Shown here piece after piece: positions 50,265-63,424 of a stretch of 64,000 nt of DNA (positions are counted from its first letter, which is position 1; the number at the start of each line of letters is the position of its first letter). The DNA is taken from the NCBI GenBank assembly GCA_951406725.2, contig OX597820.1:55304001-55368000 (forward strand), in the 5' to 3' direction. The DNA comes from Octopus vulgaris (lineage: Eukaryota). A program made the translations under genes and the position numbers. The notes under the pieces were generated by a model. That model saw only the letters and a list, made by a program, of their open reading frames with translations, searched no databases and was not told the DNA's origin.

Positions 50265-50915
50265 ATCATCATCATCATTTAATGTCTATGCTGGCATGGA
50301 CTACATTGTTTGACTGGGACTGATAAGCCAGAGAGTTGCACCAGACTTCAGTCATTTATTTTGGCTTAGCTTTTATGGCTGGTTGCCCTTCCTAACGCCA
50401 ACCACTTCACAGGGTGTACTGGGTGTTTCCTGCATGTCACTGGTACTGACCATGATTCACTTAGCTTGACGCATCTTCCCAAGCACAGCAAATCACTAAA
50501 AGTCTTGGTCATTTGTCATTGCCTCCATGAGGCTTAACAACTGAAGATCATATTTCACCACCCCATCCCACTCTTCCTGGGTTTACCCCATCCACACATT
50601 CCTTCTACAATTAGAGTTTGGCACTTCCTTATGCAGTTATCCTCATCCATATGCATCACATGACCATACTAGTGCAGTTGTTGCTCTTGCACACATCTGA
50701 TACCTCTTGTACCCAATTTTACTCTTAAGACGCTAACACTCTGTCACACATGCACACTGACATTGGACATCCAGCAGAGCATGTTGGCTTCATTTCTTTC
50801 AAGCCTTCATATTTTCTCTACAGCTATAGCTTATGTTTCATTGCCATGTAGCATGGCAGTTTGTACACAGGCATCATACAATCTGCTTTTCACTCTGAGG
50901 GAGAGGCCCTTTGTT
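50265..50915 (-). mobile_element. Older RTE-type LINE fragment
   Basis: (CAT)n tail and similarity to the copies at 55.3-56.3 kb and 62.6-63.3 kb. Confidence 0.65.
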
Positions 50916-52515
50916 ACAATTATTATTAAGTTAGAGAGCAATGCATACCATTAAAGTAACACAGGGGTACAGATATATAAAGCCCAATATACCCATCATG
51001 ACTCCCCATCTGATAAGGCTACTCCAGGCACATACATCACCACCATGTGCATGGCATGGTGATTTCATATCAAGATTAACAGCGCATGACCTTGCAAGTG
51101 GGGTCCAGTTAGAATTTTCTTCAGGTCGAGTAGCCCGTACCGCTCAAAAGGTCCCAGAATAAGGTTTGTTTAAGGATAATGAGCAAAACAACCACGTTTC
51201 CAGGGGTGAATTATTTAAGCCCCAAAGAATTCCGTTCAACACCCCTACTACTCCTATTCATGATCAGAGATGCACATATCAGCAGTCACTAAGGGACATG
51301 TTCGACTGATTATGGTCAAGCAACCAACAAGCAAATCTGCAGTGTTGAGCAGAATATTTGCCGTAGCCCGTCTTTTATACCAAAACAAAACATGAACATG
51401 ATAGCATTTCCTATCAGTTCAGATCAGAAAGATTAGAAGTTGTAAGATCCACTGCCTGGTTCCTCATCAGGGCATTACTATTATCATTAAGGTGGCAAGC
51501 TGGCAGAATTATTAGCACGCTGGACGAAATGCTCAGCGCTATTTTTCCACTTTGCTTTTCGTCCTTTTGGGGTCAGTGTAATTGACTAGACCCCTTCCAA
51601 AAATTTCAGGCCTTGTGCCTTTAGTAGAATGGATTATTATTATTGTTATAATTGGATCAGAGTAGTCTCTTCCCCTCAAAATTGCTGCCCTTGTGCTGTA
51701 ATTATTATAAAGGCGGTGAACTTAGTAGATTGATAAAGTAAGTGCTTAGCTGTCATAAGTACTGGGATTGATATAATGAAGTAAACCGATTGTAGGTAAT
51801 GCTCCAGTGTAGTTGCAGTCCAGTAGCTGATACCAGTAAAATTATTATATATATATATATATATATTCATATAATACATACACACTGCTCTCTTGCTCTT
51901 GCTATATCTCTCAGTCTCTGTTCTATCCAACTCTCTACTCTTTCTTTACCATCTTTCTCATCTTATACTCACTTGACTCTCTAATACCCTCTTCTTTTCT
52001 ATATGACTCCTATTACTCTATCTAGTTTGCTTCCTCTTTTTTCATACTCTCAACCCACCTAAAAAATTACTTAAGTCCTTGACTCCCTAACTTTTCATCA
52101 CTGTTTTTGATTCTGGCTATCTTTTCTGTATTTCCAGTTATATTTCTGCTTTTGCAGCTATTCCTTGGTATTCTACCTCCAACTATTTTTTGCCTCTGTC
52201 GTGGTTCTAGGTCCCTAACAGAAATCCTTCCATTTTCAGAACTTGTTGGTTTTGAATTGTCATTGTTACTTCTTTAACTTAGCTTTTGTTTTCTAGGTAG
52301 GAGTGTTTGTCCTGTGTATACACATTTTTACCTGAGAAGTGGTGATCCATGTGGTTTGACCTCTGTCCCTTGGCCTGTCCTCTGAAGTTCCTAGTGGGAG
52401 ATTCCACTGGTATAATCTTAGTCACTGAGGTACACTACAACAAAAATGGGACCTTGTGGTGCTCCCTCCTCAACACAGAAATACTAAAACTTATTCTATT
52501 TCTTTGTCCCTTTAG

Positions 52516-52651
52516 AAAATACAAAGAAGCTCTCGAGTACCATGAGTATGCCTTGACCCTTTGTCCTCACACACCGTCCACATATTCAGCCATCGGCTAC
52601 GTCTATGTACTGATGGGTCAAAGCCTGAAAGCTGTTGATTATTTCCACAAG
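52516..52651 (+). CDS. CDC16: CDC16 exon 15 (KYKEALEYHEYAL...STYSAIGYVYVLMGQSLKAVDYFHK)
   Basis: ctttag acceptor, AAG|GTAAAG donor, 136 nt. Confidence 0.95.
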
Positions 52652-54829
52652 GTAAAGTATCACTTATCTATTTTAATAATATGAAAGATCCACTTCAAGT
52701 TATTCTGTTCTCAACATACCCGAGGCACTAACTGATTCCTGGGGTGTAAAACTACTTGTTTTTTAAGTGTTTATGTTTAAATAAAACTTTCCATCATCAT
52801 TTTATGTAAGAATCCTTTGTTGTGTAATCTTTCAAACACCAGGTTAATATCAATAATGGAAAAGTTAATTATTTTACTAAACCTCTTCAAATTTTAATTA
52901 ATTTAAAACATTTATTTTTAAAAATCAGCCCTATGTTGTATTAGAAGAAACAAGTTCTTAGCTTACTGTATGAACAATAAAGTTTAAACAAGGTGATTGT
53001 ATAAAATACAAGGTGAAAATGCTATAGAACTGTCTTAATTCTTGGTTAACTGAAATTATCTAATTATTTTGACTTCAAATTTTGTTATTAAAGAGAAGGA
53101 AGAAAGAAAGAAATTTTTCTTTATTTCAAATTATACTAAATGCTACCTTTAGCTTAGAAGCCACAAGGCAAGAGCTTATCTGAATTTTCAAGGCATGAAG
53201 GCTGAGGGTATAAAACTTCCCATTGAACAAGACACTAGTTCATTATTGGGTTGAACCCTTCCTTCCTAGGTATCACTTGTACTCATTTTCAGGAACTGGA
53301 GAAATATGAAATGAAGTGCCTGCTGAAGGACACAACGAGCTGCTCAATCAAAGAATTGAACCCACAATCAAACAGTCATGAGCCCAACGCCCTAACTACT
53401 AGGGAATAAAATGTATATGGTCAAAGACCAAATGTGGCTGAAGGGCATCAAGGACTTCTTTTATAAGTGAAATAAAACAAAAACAACAGCAAGCATATCA
53501 TCATCATTGCTTTGATGTCCACTTTTCTATATTTGCTTGGATCAATTTGTTGAAGCAGATTTTTTTTTTTTTTTTTGCTGGATGCCATTCCACTCACCAG
53601 TTTCCAAGCAGGGTAATATTTCCGTTTGGCTTGACATGTTTTTATGGAAGATTGGAAGTGACCAACATTGCTTGTCTTACAATGATGCTTGTTTACAATT
53701 ATTGCATGATGTCCAGACAAGGACACTTCCACATCCATACACATGTGTATGTGTGAGGAGGGCGAGGTCTTGTTTTGTGAGCACTTGTTGACCTCCCTCG
53801 TGCTGGTGCCATGAAGAAAGAACACTGTATATAGTGTAAAGTGGCTGCCATTAGGAAGGGCATCATGCTGTAGGAATCATACTGAAGCAAACATTAAACT
53901 CAATAAACTCTGTCTGATCCATGCAAACATGTTGAAGTGGATGTTAAACAATGATGAAACACTACTTAATTAAGTGTCCTCCAGTGAATAACGGACATTT
54001 ACTTTATTAACTTTGGAGTAGTTGTAGTAGCAGTATGGAGCATCACTGCATCCACCATTTGTTAGGGATTTCCTACTCCTGACAGACAACACCTTTGCAC
54101 TACACAGGCGATAACCCTCCAACCCATTAGGCTGTTTGGTGATGGTTTTACAAGGTCGGAGTGCAGATCCTACCTCAATCTCTTTTAATTACCTTTTACA
54201 ACATGCAGAAAAAACTTTGGATGTATTCTTTGACATGCCAGTCACCTTGGGGGTTGAAAGGTAACATAAGCCTCTGTGTGATGTGAGTTCAGAACATACA
54301 AGCAAATTTTAACTATGGCCTTATCATTTCTACCAATACACTGTTAGTACAAGATATTAAGACAACAGAAATAACGGTGGTTACTGGCAGAAGTGGTAGA
54401 ATATTACATTATATGTCTTACCAGTATTGGTTATTTTTGTTCCTTTATGTTTTTAAGTTCCAGTGTTACTGTGTTGGTGTCACCTTCCATCCTTCTGGAT
54501 AGGTCTACAGTGGGGTGCTTTAGGTAAAAGAAAATACAAGAAGATCGGTTAATTATGTTTTTATTCAACATTCCATTCTCAGATTCATACACTTATTGCA
54601 GCAGTCCTTCAGTTTTTCTAATCCCTATAAAAGAACTCAGAAGGTTGGGCCTCCAACCAGGCCTTTTGTGATACCCTTAAAGCCAGGAATTTTTCAGTAC
54701 CCTATGTGTATAAGATAAACATTAACTGTACATTGAATAGTCTTTTGTGCTTGTCACTAGTCAAAAAAAAAATTAAATGTTAATTTTGCCTTCTGTTATC
54801 CTTTAATTTTCCTTTATGCTATTTTCTAG

Positions 54830-54920
54830 GCTCTGGGTATTCGCCGTGATGACTCGTTCTCAACAACTATGTTACAGCAAGTTCTTGATGTCCTGATTGC
54901 AGAGACTGTCCCCTTCGGTG
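54830..54920 (+). CDS. CDC16: CDC16 exon 16 (ALGIRRDDSFSTTMLQQVLDVLIAETVPFG)
   Basis: ttctag acceptor, G|GTAAGA donor, 91 nt. Confidence 0.95.
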
Positions 54921-55261
54921 GTAAGACAACATGAATTTTTAATTGTTCATATAATTGGCACAACTACGGTGAATCAAGATAGAAAGATTGCATGGAAGGG
55001 GATGCTTGTAAGGGCTTTATTCATGAACTACTAAGAATCTAGATTGTCAGTTAGAGAGGGTAAAAATGGCTTGCAAGGAATTGCAGTGTTTATAGGTGCA
55101 GGTGTGGTTATGTGGTTAAGAATTGTGCTTCCCAACCACACAGTGTTGGGTTCAGTCCCACTGTATGGCATCTTGGCCAGATGTCTTCTACTGTAGCCTC
55201 AGGTTCACTAAAGCCTTATGAGTGGAATTGGCACAGGGGAACTGAAAGAAGCCCATTGCAT

Positions 55262-56318
55262 ATCATCATCGTTTAACGTCCGTTTTCTATGTTGGCATGG
55301 GTTGGACGGTTTGACTGAACTCTGGAAAGCTAGCGGCTGCACCAGGCTCCAATCTGGTCTGACAATGTTTCTACAGTTGGATGCCCTTCCTAACGCCAAC
55401 CACTCTGAGAGTGTAGTCGGTACTTTTTACTTTCCATTGGCACAGGAGCCAGTCAGGCAGCCCTGACATCAATCATATTCAGATAGTGATTTTTATGTGC
55501 CACTGGCACAGGAGGCACTGGCATCAATCACGTTTGGATGGTGCTTTTTATGTGCCACCGGTGCAGGGGCCAGTCAGGCGGACCTGGCATTGACCATGTT
55601 TGGACAGTGCTTTTTACATGCTACTGGCATGGGAGGGGGCACTGACCACAATTACGATTTTGGTTTTTGGTTTTACTTGACTCAACAGGTCTTCTCAAGC
55701 ATATCATATCATCTAACGAATCGAGGGTACTTTTAAATGGGCCAGACTTGCAACACTGGCATCGGCCATGGCTGCAATCTCACTTTAGTTGCCAGGTATT
55801 CTCAATACAACATACCTCCAAAGGTCTCAGTCTCTGTTATTGCCTCTGTGAGGCCCAGTATTCAAAGGTCATGCTTCACCACCTCATCCCATGTCTTCCT
55901 GGATCTACCTCTTCCACAGGTTCCTTCCACAGTTAGGGTGTGGCACTTCCTCGCACAGCTGTTCTCATCCAAACAACATAACACATGACCATACCTGCAC
56001 AGTTGTCTCTCTTGCACACCACATTTGATGCTTCTTATGTCCAACTTTTCTCTCAGGGCACTCACATTCTGTCATGTATGCATACTCACATTACACATCC
56101 AGTGGATCATACCAGCTTCATTTTTGTCAAGCCTATGCATGTCCTCAGCAGTTACAGGCCATGTTTCACTACTGTGTAGCATGGCTGTTCACACACATGC
56201 ATCATACAGTCTACCTTTCATCATGAGCGAGAGGTCCTTAGTTGCTAGCAGAGGTAGGGGTTCCCTGAACTTTGCCCAGGCTATTCTTATTCTATCTGCT
56301 ACACTCTCAGAGCATCCA
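55262..56318 (-). mobile_element. RTE-type LINE 3' fragment
   Basis: RIRIAWAKFRE, KGRLYDACV, YGHV...VEGTCGRGRSRKTWDEVV motifs; (CAT)n tail. Confidence 0.85.
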
Positions 56319-56394
56319 GTATATACATATGTACATACATATATATATATTTCGTTTTGGAATTTGGTTTGCAAGATTCTTTATATGAGTTCGT

Positions 56395-56651
56395 CTGTTG
56401 TGTCTGGGGAGAGTCATTTTCTTTTTGTGCCTTATAATGTAACACACTCACGGTAAAATTTCCACTTATTTCTTATTTTTAGATTCCTAAAATTTTTGTT
56501 GCGTCTTGCAACCTTTTCAAGACTATTGAGAAGGTTTCAAGACGCAATGAAAATTTTAGGAATCTAAAATTAAGAAATAAGTGGAAATTTTACCGGTGAG
56601 TGTGTTACATTATAAGGCACAAAAAAAAATGACTCTCCCCAGATACAACAG
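56395..56651. repeat. Palindromic element, about 125-bp arms, 5-nt loop (Penelope-like remnant)
   Basis: ctgttgtgtctggggagagtcatttt...aaaatgactctccccagatacaacag. Confidence 0.85.
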
Positions 56652-57571
56652 TATATATATATATATATATATATACATACATACATACATAAATATAATC
56701 AAAATAAACAACAAGGATAGCCAGAGGTAATGCAGTACAATCGTTTCAAGCAACTCCATTTAATTGAACAATGCAATCATTACATCAATTTAAATACAGA
56801 GCAAGCCTCAGCTGCATAAAGACAGAATTTAATTAAATCAAAACAGATGGACACATTTGTATAATTTTACCTACAATCTCCAAGAAGGTAAGGAGATAGA
56901 CAAAGAATATGCTGTCTTCACTTCAGCTTAGAAGCTACTAAGGTATCAGGAAGAAAGACTTGCTACAGATTTTGCTTGTCACTGTTTTATGGGGTCAGTT
57001 TTAATTTTAATTTATTGTGTCCTTCATATGTATAGGTGATGTTTTGGTTTAAGTTTTTTGGTGTGTGTGTGTGTGTGTTTTGTGCTCATGGGTGTTTGTT
57101 TATGTCTTCCTGTTTAGACATTTCATGACAGTTGTAAACAAACATAACCATCATACAAGTGGTGTTATTCATTTCCAATCTTCCATGATAAATGTGTCCT
57201 CCATGAGGAAATATTACCTTGCTTGGAAACAGGTGAAAACTGTCAATAAGAGCAGCATCTAGCCATTTACCTGAATGAATTTTGATGACTGATGAAAGCA
57301 TGGGAAAATTGACATTAACACAATAATGATACTACAGATCTATTAATAAAATCCACTGTATATGGATTTGCAAGTGTGTGTGTTGGATTGTGTATGCATG
57401 TGTAAAGCATCTGTGAGTGTATGGATTTGTGTGTGTTTGAAGGAATGTAGTTGGAAGGCCGGTAACCTAAGTATGACTAGATTTGCCATACTTTGTGATG
57501 GCAGTAAGAGGAAATTCTAGTGACATCTGTTTTTTTAATTTTTATTCCATTAAACTTTTGTTTCTTTGTAG

Positions 57572-57687
57572 ACATACCAAATGATGTGCCCTCACTTGAG
57601 CTTGTTGACTGCCCAAGCAACCATCCTAAATTCTCCATGTCATCTGACACTGATGAAGTGGACATGGATGGAAGCAGTGATGGATAA
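57572..57687 (+). CDS. CDC16: CDC16 terminal coding exon 17 (DIPNDVPSLEL...DEVDMDGSSDG*)
   Basis: ctttgtag acceptor, phase 1 matches exon 16, acidic tail, TAA 57685-57687. Confidence 0.82.
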
Positions 57688-58869
57688 CCAACACTACAAA
57701 GATAGACCTCCTTAAAGATTCCTTTGTTTATATATTTTTAAAACATTTCTCTCTCTCTCTCCTTATTGTCCAATCATCTGGATACAGACTACAACTGAGC
57801 AGAATACATCACTGAACTTATGAAATGAGCAGTATTTTGCTAAAGCTATGAACCCAGTTGGCATACAACTAAATGAGTTTGGGCAGCTGTGCTACCATAA
57901 TGGATGGCTTTGATTTTGAAATACTCAATGGAATGCATTTGATGTACCAGTGGAATGTCATTATGATTTTAGAATATAACCACAGTGGAATGATCTGCTG
58001 CACTTAGACAGCAACACTTTATTGCAATATTGGAAAAACACCTGAAAATGTAGTGCAGTGTTGTGTATATATGTATGTATTTATGTATATATGTATGTGT
58101 GAGGGGGTGTTGATTATAGTTAATACGATATTGATACAAAGGTGTGATGGTGTGAGATTAAAGAAACGACTAACTGTCCTCACTTATATAGTTCCCTTTT
58201 AGGCACACAATGTTAAATCTTACTGTATGGACTTAACCAGTTATTGGTAGGTTTACAAGGACAAACACATTAGAACACTTCTTTCCCTTGCTTGCTGCAT
58301 CAAGTAGGTAAAGAGAGTAGCTACAAAACGTGCATATTTTGTGTGTTCTTAGAAAATGTTCATCTGTGTGTATGTATGTATGTGTGTGTGTGTTTGCATG
58401 CACCCTTGTAACCTCACTTAGTAAACGATCTTGGTGAGATAGGGAGAGAATTATTTAGGAGTGCTTCTTATGAGACTGACTACATCTTTGAGTATATAAT
58501 GTAAACCCTCACGTAAAAACATGCATAAATGAACATACACTTTAATAGACAAACTCACATACACACAGAGCAAGAAACACACATGTTCTCCACCAAGCTT
58601 GCAACATAAAAAATTCTGAATGGGAATTTGATGTAATCAGACAGCTGTCTTGAGATGTCGTTTCAAATCTCTCATTGTGGGCCCTTACTATTGAAGATAT
58701 CCACTGTTAACTTAACCTTGTGAAGGGACATATTTCAAATTCTGCGCCAAACTAGGTCTGCTCTTTATCAATGTGACCATCCCAAAGTAGGAAGCAACAG
58801 TTTTTACAAAATCTCCTCTCCCACCTATCAAAGACGAACAACAGAAATTGAACATTTTTCACGACTATT

Positions 58870-58910
58870 AATAAATTGAATTAATATATATTATGTTTTT
58901 GTGTTATATA
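58870..58910 (+). terminator. Probable CDC16 polyadenylation signal AATAAA with downstream GU/U-rich element (3' UTR about 1.2 kb)
   Basis: AATAAA 58870-58875 followed by ttatgtttttgtgtt; SINE density resumes shortly after. Confidence 0.55.
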
Positions 58911-59223
58911 TTCCTTAAAGACCATCCCAGGTAAGCTATTACCACTATAAAGTAAGATCCAGAATCCAAAGAAACTAATCTGCATTGGCAAAAAATTTGG
59001 TGAGTTGATTCAGAGACTTGTCTGTTTTATTATTACTACTTCTACATCAGGTGGTGAGCTGGCAGAATTGTTTGCATGTCAGACAAAATGTTTAGCAGCA
59101 TTTCATCTGTCTTTATGTTCTGAGTTAGATGTCTTCATACATATTTATCAACTATGCATCCCGCAAAATTGGGGCCTTGTGCCTGTGACAAATTATTATT
59201 ACTATCCTTATTAGGGCAATGGG

Positions 59224-59809
59224 TGATCTTTACCTTTTGGCCGACAGATTTAAAAAATAATTTTTTGTAACTAAATACTTTCAAACTTCGGACACTGGTA
59301 GAATGTATCATATAAAACATCTTTTACTCTTAGCATTTTTGAGAAAAGCTTATTTTTAGGAAGTTATTTCACGTTAAAGTAGTCGTATTTCGCTAATTTC
59401 AACCAATCAATGACGTGTATTCAGCTGAATAAAATTACTGCCGTTGTTTGTCAACAACAACTATCGGCGGTGTATTTTTCGTTTGTCACTGTTATTTATG
59501 ACATCGTTCGTGTGTTTGTACTGGGTTTAGGGTTGTCATAAATAACAGTAACAAACGAAATATACACCGCCGGAAGTTGTTGACAAACAACAGCAGTAAT
59601 TTTATTCAGCTGAATACATATCATTGATTGGTTGAAATTACCGAAATACTACAACTTCAATGTGAAATAACTTCCTAAATATAAGCTTTTCTCAAAAACG
59701 CTAAGAGTAAAAGATGTTTTATATGACATATTCTACCAGTGTCCGAAGTTTGAAAGTGTTTAGTTACAAAAAATTATTTTTAAATCTGTCGGTCAAATGG
59801 TAAAGATCC
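59224..59809. mobile_element. Fold-back MITE with about 280-bp TIRs and 8-bp TSD, related to 18294-18703
   Basis: GATCTTTACC...GGTAAAGATCC termini; TSD GCAATGGG/GCTATGGG; shared aaacttcg.a.actggtagaatgt motif. Confidence 0.85.
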
Positions 59810-60261
59810 GCTATGGGTTTGCAGAATCATTAGAGCATTAGACAAAATCCTTTGTAGTATTTGTTCAGGCCCCTTGTGTTCTAAATTCAAATCCCACTGG
59901 AGTCAACTTTGCTTTCATCCTTCCAGAGCCAGTAAAATAAGTGGCAGTCAAATATCAGCAAGGGCCCAGGAACAGGGGATGCAGGCAGTGTGCTTGCACC
60001 CACTAAAATGTTTGTTGGGTGCAAAATCAAAATTTTCATCCCCTACATACTTTGCCTGGTTTAGAAAATAGTGTCTAAGAATTGATATGTAAAAAGTTGC
60101 TTGAAGTTAGGTTTCTTTTCAAAACAAGAACAAAGGACAAAACTAAATAAATATTAAAAAATTTCAAAATGTTTACTGATAAAGCTGGTCATAAAATTCC
60201 CAAGGGAATTTTAGAAAGATATACTATTGAACTAAAGCATCATCGAAATTATAAGTATATA

Positions 60262-60576
60262 CAGGGTGCAATGGGTAAATTGTTGTCGTTTTATATTTTT
60301 AATTTTGTGCATTGTTTTTTATTTTGTTGACTTCACGGTATAGTAGGGTCAGTTGGGGACCGTCTGTGAGAAAAACAGCACCATGATACAATTCATTCTG
60401 CCAGAAATTTGGAAACAACATGCTGTACTGCTTGGCATTCATGCTGGAAGCTCCAATATGAACATTTCAGAGTGTTTGAGTGTCAATCTAAGGACAGTGC
60501 AGAGGATTCAGAAAGAGTTGGATGAATCTAATGGTGGTTACGAAGGTATGGCTGCTCAGAAGACTCACTCTGATCA
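60262..60576 (+). mobile_element. Tc1/mariner-superfamily 5' fragment
   Basis: TA|CAGGGTG terminus; HTH-like ISECLSVNLRTVQRIQKEL in ORF 60353-60589. Confidence 0.6.
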
Positions 60577-61787
60577 TTATTGTTATTAGGGTGTGGATTG
60601 ATGAAATCATTAGTCTCAAATAAAATGCCTTGTAATATTCAGGGTTCAAATCCCACTGAAGCCAACTTTGCCTTTCATACTTTCAGGGTTGATAAAATCA
60701 AGTGCTGGGGTCAATAATACTGATTCTATCCTCTCTTCAGATTTCTAGTTTTGTGTTTATGTCAGACATTATTACGATAAATACAAACGGTAAGGTTCCA
60801 TAGAAGTACAGTATTTGTTGGTGTCACTACATTCTGAGTTCAAATCCTACTGAAGCTGACTTTGCTTTTCATCCTTTGAAGTCAATGAAATAAGTATCAG
60901 ACAGATTTAGTAATTATTGTTATTGCCTAAGATGGCGAGCTGGCAGAATTATTTGCCATGCCAGAATAAATTCTCAGTGGAATTTTAGCACTTTGTTCTA
61001 AATTCAAATACTGCAGAGGTTGACTTTGCCATTCATCCTTTCAGAGTAAATAAAATAAGTACCAGTTAAACATTGGGGTTGATGTCATCACCTTACCTAA
61101 CCCACTCCCTTAAAATTGCTGGTCATGTCCCCAAATTTGAAACAATTGTTGTTGGTGGTCTTCTTCTTCTTCTTCTTCTTATTATTATTATTATTATTAT
61201 TATCATTATTATTATTGCTGCTACTGCTATCGACAGTCCTGATCATTAAAAAGCGATGTCTAAGGTTCAAACACAATCTATAATTACATCAGTGACTTCT
61301 ATACAGTGAATTCAATTAGTGTAATTAGAACTTTTATTTTTTATATTTTAGTTTTAGATTATTTAATTTTAGAGTTAATTTTCTTTCTATTTTACTCTTC
61401 ATTTATTCTGCTGCATTTAAAAAAGAAAGTTATTGGAAAGGTTTTTTTCTTTCCTTTTTCATTTTCTTTTAAGTTTGAACATGTGCAGAATTGTGTGTTT
61501 GTTGCTGTATGTGTATGTGGGGGTGAGCACACGTGTTGGCATGTGTTTGTGTATGTTTTGTACACGTTTTTCGAGTGTTAGTATGTTTCAATATGCATTC
61601 TTGTTATTTTGTGCCATTATGTGATCTGGTTTTTGTAGGATTGTGTGTGTGTACAAACAAATACAGGCATGGTTATATGGTCACGAAGTTCATTTCTCAG
61701 CCACATGGCTTCAGGTTTCAGTTCCACTGTGTGGTACCTTGAGTAAGTGTCTTCTACTATGTGCGTGTGTGTGTCTATATGCATATA

Positions 61788-62583
61788 CAGGGGTTGGACA
61801 AAATAATGGAAACACCTTAAAATTTCAAACAAATTTATTTTAATATGGGGCAGGACCGCCTTTGGTAGATAACAGCCTGAATTTTATGAGGTATGGACTC
61901 GTACAAAATTTGAATTGTTTCCAAAGGAATTTTTGTCCATTTAGCTAAAACAGTCTCCAGGTCTTGTAGTGATGATGGTGGAAGATATTGACTTCTTTCT
62001 TGTTTTTCTAAAATGCACCGTAAGTGTTCAATAATATTGAGATCTGGGGACTGTGGTGGCCAGATAAGATGTTCAACCTCACTAGAATGTTCCTCATGCC
62101 ATTCAGTAACAACTTTAGCTGTGTGAATTAGTGCATTATCATCCAGAAACAGTTCCACAACCATAGGATATATTTGATCAAATAAAATGCTTAAATAGTC
62201 TTGACTATAATTCTGCCATGAAGGGAAACCATTGGGCTGGCAGACTGCCAAGATATAGCCTCCACCAGATCATCACAGATCCTCCTCCACGTTTGATGGT
62301 TGGAAGAAGGCAGTCTGGATCAAATGCTTCTTTTCGATGTTTCCACATGCATACTCAGCCAGTAGTCGGAAATAAGGTAATGGATGACTAATCTGAGAAA
62401 ATAACATTCTTCCACTGCTCTAGGGACCTATTCTGTAGGTTTTTACTTCCACTCTAAATACTTTGCAATATTTGTTATTGAAAGTAGTGGTTTTCTGATT
62501 GCAGCCCTCCCATGAAATCTGGTTTTGTGCAGCTCCTGGGGAACAGTTTTTGACGAAACTGGGTTCTCGAGGTGGTCATTAGC
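61788..62583 (-). mobile_element. Second, truncated copy of the Tc1 family at 36477-37737
   Basis: Same TIR; DDNALIH and WPPQSPDLNIIE motifs; ends abruptly at an RTE fragment. Confidence 0.9.
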
Positions 62584-62589
62584 ACTCCA

Positions 62590-63290
62590 CTAGCATGGAC
62601 AACAGTCATCGAATTTGATTTCCATTTCTCTTGCCTCAACAGGTCTTCACAAGCAGAGTTTAGTGTCCAATGAAGGAAAGGTATGCATAAGTGGGCTGGT
62701 TACACCCCTGGCATAGGCCACGGGGTTATGGTCTCATTTGGCTTGCTGGGTCTTCTCAAGCACAGCATATTTCCAAAAGACTTAGTCATTAGTCATTGCC
62801 TTGGTGAGGCCTAATGTTCAAAGGTTGTGCTTCATCACTTCATCACAGGTCTTCCTGGGTCTACCTCTTCCACAAGTTCCCTCAACCGCTAGGGTGTGGA
62901 ACTTTTTCACACAGCTATCCTCATCCATTCTTGCCACATGACCATACCTGCGCAGTCGTCTCTCTTGCACACCACATCTGATGCTTTTTAGGTCCAACTT
63001 TTCTCTCAAGGTACTTACATTCCGTCGAGTATGCACACTGACATTACACATCCATCGGATCATACTGGCTTCATTCCTTGTGAGCTTATGCATGTCCTCA
63101 GCAGTCACAGCCCATGTTTCACTGGCATGTAGCATGGCTGTTCATACACATGCATCATACAGTCTACCTTTTACTCTGAGCAAGATGCCCTTTGTCACCA
63201 GCAGAAGTAAGAGCTCTCTGAACTTTGCCCAGGCTATTCTTATTCTAGTAGCTATACTTTCAGTGCACCCTCCCCCGCTACTGATGGGGT
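62590..63290 (-). mobile_element. RTE-type LINE ORF2 C-terminal fragment
   Basis: MLHASETWA...RLRRYGHVARM...VEGTCGRGRPRKT in ORF 62818-63135. Confidence 0.88.
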
Positions 63291-63424
63291 GGGAGGAAGA
63301 TGCCCTTAAACAGGTTAGTTGCTTACAACAGCATGGGCTCCTCCAATGGAGACACCTAATACCCAAGGTACTAGTGGTGTTAAACTGGCTGACAGATTAA
63401 GTCTACCACTCAAGTAGGTCACAG

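Larger units (their letters stand above)
13224..57687 (+). other. CDC16: CDC16/APC6 gene span (17 coding exons, 1761 nt, 586 aa), TPR subunit of APC/C
   Basis: Manually spliced exons give one continuous ORF resembling vertebrate CDC16 (MNLxxLRxRVRQY, YxSAxFWADK, GKIYEAMDNR, AERHYYNCDF, LFYLSHKLVDLYP, EHDQAMAAYF, GLEYGLTNNSKLAERFF, ALGIRRDD); all GT-AG with compatible phases. Confidence 0.97.
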
